Of a DNA stretch of 64,000 bases, positions 19,778-29,540 are shown one piece after another. A program made the position numbers and the translations under genes. The DNA comes from Candidatus Micrarchaeota archaeon (GTDB lineage: Archaea; Micrarchaeota; Micrarchaeia; Anstonellales; Bilamarchaeaceae): positions 1 through 64,000 of the forward strand of contig JBBSVN010000001.1 in the NCBI GenBank assembly GCA_038046765.1, in the 5' to 3' direction. The notes under the pieces are model-generated. The model ran no database searches. It saw only the letters and a program-made list of their open reading frames with translations, and had not been told where the DNA came from. The number at the start of each line of letters is the position of its first letter. Within the stretch, counting starts at the first letter, position 1.

Positions 19778-20551
19778 CTAACTGGATACGTTATTTAGTT
19801 TTTGCCATTCTTCTTTAGTAAACCAAGCTACAACTACAAGTCCCCTGGATGAGTACTCACTTAAATTTAATCCATCTCCTGAGAAACAGATCGCAGATTT
19901 TATTTTGTTCTCTTTATATCCGATTTCAAAAGTTCCATTTAGCTGAGAATTTATAAATTCTGTGTGGTTTGTTGTGTGAAATGGAAATGTTTTATTTGAT
20001 AAAAAATTTGTGTTGTCTGCACTTACATTTACTTCTAAAATACAATCCGAACAAACTTCTCCATTCGTTTCTTTTATTATATATCTACAGTTACTAGAAT
20101 TGTCGACAAGAATTTCTAAAAATACCGTTACATTGGTCGATACACAACTTGGTTTTAATGCACTAGAAAAATAAAAACTTTTATTTCTTATTTCACCAGC
20201 GCTTATTTTATCTGAACTCCAATTTAGTAAAAATGTTGAAGTCTCTCTACCAATTGTTAGTTTAGAATTAATCTGACTATTAGCAACATTGTAATCTCTT
20301 TCCAGACAGGAAAACTTATACTCTGTATATACCCTATCGAAATTTTTGTTTCCTGTATTCGCTAACGTAACTGGAATTCCATTATCTTTTGGATTATCCG
20401 AAATATCTATCTCAATTTTAGGGTTAGGAATAAGGTTTGGTACATTCAAAGTAATTCCTAAAAAAGCTAAAAATGCCAAAACAGTAATAATTTTATTTAA
20501 CAGTGATTGTTGTCTCCATGACTGTTTTAAACTTGCAATTAATTTTGTCAT
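19778..20551 (-). CDS. Membrane-anchored extracellular protein
   Basis: N-terminal TM, many N-x-S/T sequons, several Cys. Confidence 0.6.
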   Translation of the reverse strand: MTKLIASLKQSWRQQSLLNKIITVLAFLAFLGITLNVPNLIPNPKIEIDISDNPKDNGIPVTLANTGNKNFDRVYTEYKFSCLERDYNVANSQINSKLTIGRETSTFLLNWSSDKISAGEIRNKSFYFSSALKPSCVSTNVTVFLEILVDNSSNCRYIIKETNGEVCSDCILEVNVSADNTNFLSNKTFPFHTTNHTEFINSQLNGTFEIGYKENKIKSAICFSGDGLNLSEYSSRGLVVVAWFTKEEWQKLNNVSS

Positions 20552-20589
20552 TACATTACCAAAATTTCTTCGATAAAATACTACTTCAA

Positions 20590-21612
20590 CTAATTCAATA
20601 TCGCCGCTATCCCGCCAATTCCCTTAAGTCTTTCTCCTGCATCGTTTTGCGCAGTAAATATAATCAGATAAGCACCCTTATGATCCGCATAATCAACTAA
20701 TTTTTCAACTTCCTTTGAATCTCGAAGCAACTCATCTAAAACAAGAAGCTTATTGACTTTGCCAGATTCCACAGCAGCTTTTACTCTCGGGATTCCATAA
20801 ACAGCTAATCCATTTTCCTTCCCTTCTTCTTCCATGATTTTTTCAATGTACTTTAATTCTTTTTGAACACGCTGTTCACCAATAATTTTTTCTACCGCGC
20901 CTCCTTTAAATAATTCGAGTATTCCAGAGCGCTCAGCATAACTACAAAATTCAAAAATAATTTTCTTAAGTAATTTTGGATTTTTATTTTCTAAAAATGT
21001 TTTTAAATTGTCCTTTGTAAATCCAGGCCCAGCTACTAAGACAGTTTCCTCACTTCGGTCTATTTCCCGAGTTATTCTTGTATAATAATCCTCTGTCTTA
21101 GCTTCAAACTTTTTAGGTTCATCACGTTTGCGTGCGTCATTGCTAAATTCTACGCCGTATTCAATTCCGTACCCTCTAACCGTAGCCACAAGCGCGTGTT
21201 CTTCATCAAGTACGATTATTCTTAATTTTGGTTTTTTGGTTTCTTTTTCTGCCTGTTCTATTCTTTTAATTTGGTAAGCTTTCCATTCTTTTATTATCTG
21301 GATTCTCGTTCCTATTTCAACATCTAAAGTGTGATATTTCCCCATTTGGATATACTCTTCAGGGCTTCCACGAATTATTTTTCCTAGTAGCCTAAGCCGG
21401 TTAAGCGTTTTAGAAAATTCGATGTTTTCAATTTTTATCGCAATGTGCATTGGTTTTTTTTCTTCTTTAGTGCCTATTTTGACAGTTCTAAAAGTGCCTG
21501 ATTCTACTTCGTCACCTACGCTTAATGACCTTTCAATGTGCCAGATATCTTCAAGGTTTTCTGTTCCTAGTATAAGTAAATTGGCTTTTCTGTCGAATTT
21601 GAATATTTTCAT
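20590..21612 (-). CDS. pelA: Pelota/Dom34 ribosome rescue factor
   Basis: EDIWHI, RLRLLGKI, GKYHTLDVE, AGPGFTK, AVYG, LKGIGGIAAIL; ATG at 21612. Confidence 0.95.
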   Translation of the reverse strand: MKIFKFDRKANLLILGTENLEDIWHIERSLSVGDEVESGTFRTVKIGTKEEKKPMHIAIKIENIEFSKTLNRLRLLGKIIRGSPEEYIQMGKYHTLDVEIGTRIQIIKEWKAYQIKRIEQAEKETKKPKLRIIVLDEEHALVATVRGYGIEYGVEFSNDARKRDEPKKFEAKTEDYYTRITREIDRSEETVLVAGPGFTKDNLKTFLENKNPKLLKKIIFEFCSYAERSGILELFKGGAVEKIIGEQRVQKELKYIEKIMEEEGKENGLAVYGIPRVKAAVESGKVNKLLVLDELLRDSKEVEKLVDYADHKGAYLIIFTAQNDAGERLKGIGGIAAILN

Positions 21613-21625
21613 GCAAGTCACTTTT

Positions 21626-22888
21626 CTAATATCCTTTTTCAAGTAACCATTTCCATAACGGTAAATATTTTATTTTGCCTTTTATTCCGAACCATTCCTC
21701 TTCTTTTTCATCATCATAGTCTTCTGTTATTATGATAAGATTCTGACACTTTAAGTCTCGACTTCCTTTAAGTAGTGCTCTTATTTCCCTATTTTTAGTA
21801 TCTGGATTTGCTAAATCAACACAAACTTGTACGAGTTTACTTATTTTTTCGTTCTCTGTTATTACAAAATCTATTTCTTCATTTTGCTGATTTTTCCAAT
21901 AATAAAATTTAAGTTTGCCTGATATTTGTGCTTTCTTTAACTCCATAGCAACTGTGTTTTCATAAATTTTTCCTTTATCTTGGCTCATTTTAAATGCCTT
22001 GGCAGTTATGAAACCGTTATCGAAGCAGTATACTTTCTTATTTGATCTAATCTGTTCCTTTACCTTAAAGGAAAACTTATAAATTCTAAACAGTATAAAA
22101 GTTTCTTCTAGATATTTTATGTACTTGTCAATCGTGTGAATACTTTTACATACAGTTACGTCTTTAAGTGTATTGTAAGAATAAAATGCAGCTAAATTAG
22201 ATATCAAATAGTTTGCTAGATTTTCAATTCTTTGCGGGGCTCTTATTTTATATCTTTTTACGATGTCCTTGTATATGATCGCATCAAAAAGTAGGGAAAT
22301 ATAGTTTACTAAGTCCAATTTTTTTACTAAAGGTTCTGGATATCCACCTGTACTTAAAAATTCATCAAGAGCCGCCTTTTTTTCATGATTAGTTAGTTCT
22401 GTTGTCTTTAAATTAAGAAACTCTCTAAAAGAGAAACTGAAGATGTATATCGGTATATATCTTCCAGTTAAGTGGGTTGCCAGTTCTCCGCTAAGTAAAT
22501 TTGAGTTACTTCCAGTAATTACTAATTTATAATTGCTTCTCTGAAGTCTATTTACAAAAAGTTCCCATTTGGGTAAGTTTTGTATTTCATCTAATACTAT
22601 ATAATCCGGATCATTATACCTTGTTTTTATTTTTGTTAAAAGTTCATCATAATCCTTTAATTCTACTAATTTTTCATTGTCAAAGTTAATGTAAGCAAAA
22701 GTTCCAAATTCTTTTAATCGGTGTATTGCAAATGTTGATTTGCCCGCTCTTCTTGGCCCTATAATTACCCTAATAAGATTATCTTCGGGTTTTTTGAAGT
22801 TTGCGTCACGTTGAATATAAAGCTCATTTACCTTTATTTCTAATTCTCTCTTTTGCATCTGTAATATGTTGTTTAGCTCCTCAGTCAT
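21626..22888 (-). CDS. AAA+ ATPase with DUF4143 (COG1373 type)
   Basis: GPRRAGKS, LDEIQ, ITGSNS, HLTGR, GGYP, KVYCFDNG, ENTV, EIDFV..QV. Confidence 0.92.
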   Translation of the reverse strand: MTEELNNILQMQKRELEIKVNELYIQRDANFKKPEDNLIRVIIGPRRAGKSTFAIHRLKEFGTFAYINFDNEKLVELKDYDELLTKIKTRYNDPDYIVLDEIQNLPKWELFVNRLQRSNYKLVITGSNSNLLSGELATHLTGRYIPIYIFSFSFREFLNLKTTELTNHEKKAALDEFLSTGGYPEPLVKKLDLVNYISLLFDAIIYKDIVKRYKIRAPQRIENLANYLISNLAAFYSYNTLKDVTVCKSIHTIDKYIKYLEETFILFRIYKFSFKVKEQIRSNKKVYCFDNGFITAKAFKMSQDKGKIYENTVAMELKKAQISGKLKFYYWKNQQNEEIDFVITENEKISKLVQVCVDLANPDTKNREIRALLKGSRDLKCQNLIIITEDYDDEKEEEWFGIKGKIKYLPLWKWLLEKGY

Positions 22889-22899
22889 ATAAATCATAC

Positions 22900-22950
22900 T
22901 GCACAAAAGTTTATAAATTTGTGCATTACGATATACAAAGTGCACAAAAG
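22900..22950. promoter_or_regulatory. Operator-like repeats around the ATPase TATA box
   Basis: tgcacaaaagt twice (about 22900 and 22941) with inverted tttgtgca, flanking tttataaa. Confidence 0.45.
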
Positions 22951-23009
22951 TAGTTAAAATTTGGGTATAAAGCATAACCTTTTAAACACTTTTTGACACA
23001 TATTTGGAT

Positions 23010-24938
23010 ATGACAAGAAGGCTCACTCCAAGTAGTGGCAATGTAATACCTATAGAAGCAGCTAGAACTAGAGCTTTTGCCGTCAAAACTGACCAAGATC
23101 ACAAATCTTTAGGGATAGTTACTGGAGAAAGGGGAGGTTATGAACTAAAAAAATCTATTTTCAAGAACAATGGCACAACTGAATTATTTTTAGCAACTGA
23201 TTTAAAAACTAATAAAGAGGTAATCGTAAAAAGAGTAACTCTTAAGGCAGAAGATTCAACCTTTAAACTTGCCCCAAGGGAATTTGACATTATAAACTAT
23301 CTAGATCATCCAAACGTGGTTAAAGCGATTGATCAGACTATGACATCGAAGGAAAAAGACGGAAACCAGATAACCGAGTATTTCTTAGTAACAGAAAAAG
23401 TCGAAGGCAAAAATCTAAGGGAACATAGCGCTTTTGGCACTAATTTTTCAGAAGAAGAAAAAATAGAAATTATAACACAGATTTTGCAGGCACTAGAATA
23501 TCTTCATGATAGTGGCGTAATACACAGAGATGTAAAACCAGAAAACATAATGGTTCATAAAACAGAAGATGGAAAAATAAATGTAACTTTGGTTGATTTT
23601 GGCGTTACGCTTACTGCAGTTAGTACTGGTTCAACCGCGCTTCTTCCAATATTTAGTAAGGGTTTTACTGCTCCAGAAGTTTTAGCATGTGCATCTGATG
23701 TTGATGGCAGAGCGGATATCTATTCTACTTCAGCAGTTTTGTCCTGGATTTTTACCGGTTTAGATGGAACAGATATGCAAACTAAATTAAGGACCAAAGA
23801 AGAAATTGACTGCATTGATGGTCAACTTTTAAGTATAATCAAAAAGGGATTAAAGGCAGACCCTGAAGAAAGATATCAAACTGCAAAGGAAATGAAGGAA
23901 GCTTTGGTTAGTGAGATAGAAGAAGGGGCAGATATTGCCGTAGTTGAACCCATTGACAAAGTGAATAAAATTTATCGAGAACTTAAAGCAAGAAAAATGG
24001 AATTAAGAACTAAGTATGCACAATTGGATCGTTCATTTAAGGAAAGCATGAGAAAAACTTTGAAATATGTTATCCCGTCATTTGTAGTTTCTGTAGCTAG
24101 TCTTGGTTATATTTTGACTGAACAACCAAAAGGACTGGCAGCTTTGCTATCTAGTATTGGAGTCTTCTTAGGTTTAACTGTTGCTGGTTTAGTGTTGCAT
24201 TTTAAGTCCAAGGCTAACGCGGATAAACTTAAAAATCTGGATGACCTAGAATTACAAATCGGTGATCTTGCATCAGATTTAGAAGAAATTGAAACAATTC
24301 GGGATTTGGATTCTAAGCGTGATCTGTTTTTAGAAGCTAGATCAGAATCTTTGCTTAGGCTTAAGTCTTCAAAAAAAGCATTAAAAGAAGCAAAAGTCAA
24401 AACACAAGACACGGATGTTGTCGACTGGTTCCTTCTTGACCTTACAAGTAAAGAAATCCAAGTCCATAAAAACTTAAACTTAGAACAAACTCTTGCATTA
24501 GAAAGACTAGATTTTGTAATTTTACCAAATAGTGTTATTGATGAGATTTTACAAGATGGTGCGTTAAGAGAAAAATACACAAAGCTAGGTTTATTCCCCT
24601 GCAGGACTGGAACATGGGTAGAACTTGATGGAGAAAATTGTATAATAAAACAGGATGGAAAAAGTAAGAAAACAAAACTGCATATACAAGATGGCTGGTA
24701 TAAAAAAGATAACCTCGGCATTCCTTCTGGCGAACCTACAAATGAAAATGATCAAGATGCAAGATTTTTGTGGAGAACTAAAAAATATGTTGGCCCTTTG
24801 GTCCGTGGCTTCGACTGGAACGACTTCAACGGGCAGGATGTCGGTGCCCTCAGAAGGCTCGACGGCGGTTACGGGGTGGCGTGCATTTCTCGAGCCAAAT
24901 ACGAAGAAATTTTGGCTCGATCTATTCAAAATGAATAA
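23010..24938 (+). CDS. Ser/Thr protein kinase, two TM helices, coiled coil, DGR-target-like lectin domain
   Basis: VIVK, HRDVKPEN, DFG, APE, ADIYS; TMs around aa 355-399; C-terminal ~165 aa paralogous to 2147..2791; ATG at 23010. Confidence 0.9.
   Translation: MTRRLTPSSGNVIPIEAARTRAFAVKTDQDHKSLGIVTGERGGYELKKSIFKNNGTTELFLATDLKTNKEVIVKRVTLKAEDSTFKLAPREFDIINYLDHPNVVKAIDQTMTSKEKDGNQITEYFLVTEKVEGKNLREHSAFGTNFSEEEKIEIITQILQALEYLHDSGVIHRDVKPENIMVHKTEDGKINVTLVDFGVTLTAVSTGSTALLPIFSKGFTAPEVLACASDVDGRADIYSTSAVLSWIFTGLDGTDMQTKLRTKEEIDCIDGQLLSIIKKGLKADPEERYQTAKEMKEALVSEIEEGADIAVVEPIDKVNKIYRELKARKMELRTKYAQLDRSFKESMRKTLKYVIPSFVVSVASLGYILTEQPKGLAALLSSIGVFLGLTVAGLVLHFKSKANADKLKNLDDLELQIGDLASDLEEIETIRDLDSKRDLFLEARSESLLRLKSSKKALKEAKVKTQDTDVVDWFLLDLTSKEIQVHKNLNLEQTLALERLDFVILPNSVIDEILQDGALREKYTKLGLFPCRTGTWVELDGENCIIKQDGKSKKTKLHIQDGWYKKDNLGIPSGEPTNENDQDARFLWRTKKYVGPLVRGFDWNDFNGQDVGALRRLDGGYGVACISRAKYEEILARSIQNE
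24798..24887 (+). repeat. Putative DGR variable region VR2
   Basis: 52/80 GC over 24801-24880; 7 of 8 codons at 24807-24830 end in C. Confidence 0.7.
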
Positions 24939-24954
24939 TTAATTTTGAATATCG

Positions 24955-24996
24955 CGCGAAACTTATGAGAAATTATTCGTAGATAAAATCTAAAGT
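24955..24996 (+). repeat. Orphan copy of the 3' end of gene 2147..2791
   Basis: 40/42 identical to 2753-2794; reads RETYEKLFVDKI*. Confidence 0.9.
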
Positions 24997-25000
24997 TTGT

Positions 25001-25594
25001 TTATCTGCTCTTACTAATCGTATTATTTATTATCAATTCTTCAAGAGTTGAATTTATTTCAAACATTCCTGATAAATACGTTCCGTTAACAAACACAAGC
25101 GGTACTACACGCTCAGTTACATTGTATTTGACCATAAACTTATCATAAACGTCAAGTTCATTTTGTATAAGTACATTGTACCAGATAAAGTTTGTAACAT
25201 TCTCGTATTTTTGTTCTAGTTCGTTAATTTTCGGGTTTATAGAATTGGAAAACGGACAAAGAGGTGAATAAAAGTAATTAACTTCAAGATACCCTGTTTT
25301 GTTCTTTATTGTTGTGTTTTGATTTTGATTCGTTTCGTTATTTGTTAGATTAACAATGTTTAGACCTGAACTATTCGTTTGGTTTATTCCAAGCACGTCT
25401 ATTTTTACAGGAGTACTATCATTTAGTTTGGTTATATTGGATTTCGTTATATTCGTCTTGTTTGTACTCTCTAAACTGGTTTGGCTGTTATTGCTCGTAT
25501 TATCATAAAATCCATTTTTGTCGTTTTTTACACTCGTACAACCAGAAATGAGTAGCATTAAAGAAAAAAACGCTAGAATTAAAACTTTTTTCAT
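25001..25594 (-). CDS. Lipoprotein with thioredoxin/glutaredoxin-like domain (CPFS)
   Basis: ISGC lipobox, Asn/Thr linker, FYSPLCPFS, VVPLVFVNG. Confidence 0.8.
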   Translation of the reverse strand: MKKVLILAFFSLMLLISGCTSVKNDKNGFYDNTSNNSQTSLESTNKTNITKSNITKLNDSTPVKIDVLGINQTNSSGLNIVNLTNNETNQNQNTTIKNKTGYLEVNYFYSPLCPFSNSINPKINELEQKYENVTNFIWYNVLIQNELDVYDKFMVKYNVTERVVPLVFVNGTYLSGMFEINSTLEELIINNTISKSR

Positions 25595-25648
25595 AGCTAT
25601 TAGTTAAACCGATTGTGTTTTAATTTTTAGGCTTTAATAATATTTACA

Positions 25649-28600
25649 ATGCGTAAGGCATTTTTCTTATTTCTCTTAATATTTGCGATAGCTCAGCTTG
25701 GTTTTTCCACTCCTTATTCTTTAACATCATTGCCTTGGGACGATTACGAATGGAAAAAAGCAAACCCATATATTTTGTATCCTGGCTCCACCGAAATCTT
25801 TGATGGCAATACTATGCACCAAAGTCTACAGTCGCTTAATCTTTCGAACCCAATTTATGATGGTATAACCGATAGTGCCATAAAAACAAATATGTTATCT
25901 GCAAGGTCATCCTACCAAAAAACCCTTGAACAAAAGGATCGATGTAATAGTTACATGACTATAAATCTGGTTTCTTATGGCTATTTTTCTCTTGTTTCAG
26001 GTAATCTTCTTATCGATCTTTTTAGTGCATTTAATTCAAAAAATTCAAAAGACATAATCTTTGTTAGTGGCGTTAAAGGATCAGAATATCTATCTCTTAT
26101 TTATCAAAATACTGACTGCATGGCTTATTCAAGCAACTGGAAATCCATAATGACTTCTGCTACAAACAGTGTTTTATTAAGTCAAAGTCTAAACAATCAA
26201 ATTGACAAAAACCTAAATTTGTCACTGCAAAAGCTATATTTTTCAGGAGTGTGTGAAGAATACTACTCTGGAATAGAAAGAGTAGCCTGCGATGAGATTG
26301 AGCGCAATATACAATCCTATAATAAGTTAAATAAAAATCTTGATATTGATTTGTCGGCATTTAACGATGATATCTCCAAAAACAAACCCGTTACTTCCAA
26401 ATTTGTTCCAATTATGACCTCCTTATGGGATAAGGACGGTGTAATAATCCTTGGTTCAGATATTCTTAATCAGTCTGATTCAACCCTAAATTCTGCGATA
26501 TCTGTCCTTAATTTCAAAAAATTAGAACTAGAAAATGAATCCAAAAAAGTCGATTTAGCTATAACTGATGGAGAAAAGCAAAAATTATACCTTATCACAG
26601 AAGGTCTAGATTTTGACGGGGTTATTGGTTCTAATACAGATACGATCGCACAAAAATTTTCTATTTTAAAAAACAAACAAAAAAGAGCTAAGGATTTACA
26701 AAACAATGCCTCAATTCCAATATCTAAAAAATCTTATCTTAAGGATTCTCTAAATAACATCAAAATTGCTAAAGATATCGTTAGTTCAAATAGCGAAGAA
26801 TCTATTTTGCTATTGCTGGATGCACAAAACGTAGTTGAAAATAATAAAAAAATTACAGAAAAAGAGTTTGCAGATTTAGAAGAATCCTATCAAAGTAAAA
26901 CTCCAAGTGTAGACATTGCAAAGAAATTTTCCGCTATAAGTAAACTTTTAAACCAAACAAAACCGGAAGATCCTTACGGAACACAGTTCACAGATTATGC
27001 TGAAGCACGATCTCAAATAAAGGTATTAAAAGAACAAATCAATGGGTACGATCCTGTTACGCAAAAGCAGGCAGATCTTTTATTTTTAGATGTTGAAAAG
27101 TTAATTAAAAATGCCAAAAGCGATGGGTTAGACACTATTTCCGAGGATTTAAAGTTTAATCTAATTAAGGACTCAAGGTCCAAAACCTTATCTTTGGAAG
27201 TTCTAGGTGATATTCGATCATCTATCCTAAAAAAGGCAGCAAATACATACTCTGATTTACAATCTCAAAGTGATCGGTTACACTTCCTAGTAGACGGCGT
27301 AGCTGATTTATATTACTATCAATCGAAACTTCTGGATGCTGAAAACGGTCTTTTCAAAAATGGCAATTTAATCGTTGATGGAACATCTATCGGTCGTTTA
27401 TCTGGTCTCAAAAATACCTACGATCGTCTGGAACTAGATCTATCAAAGTACAAATCAATTACCTTATCCGCTAAACTTGTACCTACAATTATTTTCTACA
27501 CTAATGGCATATTACTTGATGAATCCGTTCCTTACTCTTTGGCAGTGAATATCGATAATCCGTTTGGACTGGATGCAGAAAATGTAAAAGTTTCAGTTAC
27601 TATTCCCCAAGGACTTATGTTTACCAAATCGGACATTAAGCAAGGAAGCGAAAATATAATCGATATTACCTTAAACAAAAACCAGCTTGAACTTAATCTA
27701 AAGAATATATCTAAATATTCCAATTATCAGGTCGTTTTTGATAAATCAGCTATTCTTGCACGTTCACTTTCAACTAAAAAATTCGTTTATGGTACTGGGG
27801 CAGGTGGCGCAATTTTAGATAAAAACACTACAATCATGCTAGATACTGATGGAAGTTTGATCCTAAACTCTTCTTCAACTTATATTGTTGATGGCAATGA
27901 GTACCTAGGAGAAGTTCTTTCTGCCGGAAGCCACGTATTAACTAGCCAGATCAAGCTGTTTAACGCTTATAATCTGAGTTACGAAAATTATCAAACAAGC
28001 AGGTTAGGGTTAAACCAAGTTGTTTCTTATGACGAGGTTATTAAATCCGATGTCGACCTTGATAAAGTTCCTGTTTTCATTAGTGACAAAAATGATCAAA
28101 AAATCTCGCGTGTTAATGTACTTGCAATAACTAGTCACAAAACTTTGAATAAAGGTATTTTAAGTAACGGTATATACAAAACCGAAGTTTATGAAATTAA
28201 AAAACTCACGAATGCGACACTAAAAATAAGCTATATTCTAGAAAATGTCAGTGATTACATAAATGAAAAAATAATCCTCCTAAAAGGAGTCACTAATAAT
28301 AGTCAAATTCTTTCTTTAGTAAATGCTGCACAAAGTGATTTGCAAAATAATGATACTTCAAATGCCGTTATAAATATTCAAAAAGCACAAAATGAGCTAG
28401 ATCGGTTGAACTCTATTTTAGTGCAAAAACAATCAGAATACGATTCTTTAAGAGAAGCTGTTGACGCGCAATATATTCGTGTTAGTGCTGCACTTTCAAA
28501 CCTCGATCAAAAAAGTGAATTCTATTCCTCCTTCCTAAAACGTAAAAATGAACTTTCAAAAACACTTTCAAATTCCGATGAACTTAAACAAAATCAAATT

Positions 28601-29530
28601 GAAAAAGCAATCTCTACTTTAAAAGAAGTTGATAATTCTTGGGAAAAGACCACTACTAATTTAGCTAGCAAGAAAATTTTCCTAGATTACAATTCGATTA
28701 AATCCAAAATACTTGCGCATGGCTTTGAAAGTGATCTAATCGAAGAATTCAATTCATTTGAAATCGCGCTCGGAGATTTTGGCAGTTCGAATAATTTAGA
28801 TTCTTTTGTTACTCTAGCAAATTCATTTGCACAGGTTTCTAAAGTTGGATCAAACTACGAATCTAATTACACTAATGGTCTTATAGAAGGCTCAACTACT
28901 ATAAACATCCTAAAAAATCAGTTGAAAAATGATTTGAACTTATACATTTTGGAATATAAAAATGCTAAAGGAAGTAGCTATGAAAAATTATTCCCAGTTG
29001 ACCCCTCTTCTTTTGACAAAATTATTAAAGATGCGGAGTTAATTATCTCTAAAAAAGGCTCGCTTAAAGAACTTTCTTCGAAGAATAGTGAATTACAACT
29101 TAGTGCATTAAAAATAAAATCCAGTTTGACTGATCTTAAAAAAATCTCCGAGGATCAGGTCTCTAGTCTTAAAACTCTATTTGCTGCTAAAAAAGATTCT
29201 GTTGATTCTAGCCAAGCCGTAAAAATACAAAAGAATATTGATCGGGCTAGTGCGTTTATTGATACTAAACAGTACGTTGATGCGCTTAAACTTTCACAAA
29301 ATACCTTACTTGATCTAACCAAAACTAATCCTAAAGACCAGACCCAGTTGATTATTCTTTCTGCCTTAACAGTAATTGTTCTTGGTGCGATTGCCTTTTA
29401 CATCATAAAACAGAAAAAAGGGGAAGATAAAGGCAATAGCAAGGTATTTAGAAAGCTGGAAAAAGTTGAAGAAGTTGCAGATAATAATTCTCCATCAACT
29501 TCTCAAAGCTCTGATGAAAAATATTTATGA
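25649..29530 (+). CDS. Large secreted coiled-coil surface protein with C-terminal TM anchor
   Basis: Signal peptide; long helical regions around a beta-rich centre; TM then KQKK. Confidence 0.75.
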   Translation: MRKAFFLFLLIFAIAQLGFSTPYSLTSLPWDDYEWKKANPYILYPGSTEIFDGNTMHQSLQSLNLSNPIYDGITDSAIKTNMLSARSSYQKTLEQKDRCNSYMTINLVSYGYFSLVSGNLLIDLFSAFNSKNSKDIIFVSGVKGSEYLSLIYQNTDCMAYSSNWKSIMTSATNSVLLSQSLNNQIDKNLNLSLQKLYFSGVCEEYYSGIERVACDEIERNIQSYNKLNKNLDIDLSAFNDDISKNKPVTSKFVPIMTSLWDKDGVIILGSDILNQSDSTLNSAISVLNFKKLELENESKKVDLAITDGEKQKLYLITEGLDFDGVIGSNTDTIAQKFSILKNKQKRAKDLQNNASIPISKKSYLKDSLNNIKIAKDIVSSNSEESILLLLDAQNVVENNKKITEKEFADLEESYQSKTPSVDIAKKFSAISKLLNQTKPEDPYGTQFTDYAEARSQIKVLKEQINGYDPVTQKQADLLFLDVEKLIKNAKSDGLDTISEDLKFNLIKDSRSKTLSLEVLGDIRSSILKKAANTYSDLQSQSDRLHFLVDGVADLYYYQSKLLDAENGLFKNGNLIVDGTSIGRLSGLKNTYDRLELDLSKYKSITLSAKLVPTIIFYTNGILLDESVPYSLAVNIDNPFGLDAENVKVSVTIPQGLMFTKSDIKQGSENIIDITLNKNQLELNLKNISKYSNYQVVFDKSAILARSLSTKKFVYGTGAGGAILDKNTTIMLDTDGSLILNSSSTYIVDGNEYLGEVLSAGSHVLTSQIKLFNAYNLSYENYQTSRLGLNQVVSYDEVIKSDVDLDKVPVFISDKNDQKISRVNVLAITSHKTLNKGILSNGIYKTEVYEIKKLTNATLKISYILENVSDYINEKIILLKGVTNNSQILSLVNAAQSDLQNNDTSNAVINIQKAQNELDRLNSILVQKQSEYDSLREAVDAQYIRVSAALSNLDQKSEFYSSFLKRKNELSKTLSNSDELKQNQIEKAISTLKEVDNSWEKTTTNLASKKIFLDYNSIKSKILAHGFESDLIEEFNSFEIALGDFGSSNNLDSFVTLANSFAQVSKVGSNYESNYTNGLIEGSTTINILKNQLKNDLNLYILEYKNAKGSSYEKLFPVDPSSFDKIIKDAELIISKKGSLKELSSKNSELQLSALKIKSSLTDLKKISEDQVSSLKTLFAAKKDSVDSSQAVKIQKNIDRASAFIDTKQYVDALKLSQNTLLDLTKTNPKDQTQLIILSALTVIVLGAIAFYIIKQKKGEDKGNSKVFRKLEKVEEVADNNSPSTSQSSDEKYL

Positions 29531-29540
29531 TTTATGCTCT

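Noticed and set aside
24107..24942. Overlapping ORFs 24107-24721, 24591-24929, 24655-24942
   Set aside because: Shadow frames of the kinase-lectin gene, favoured by the GC-rich VR
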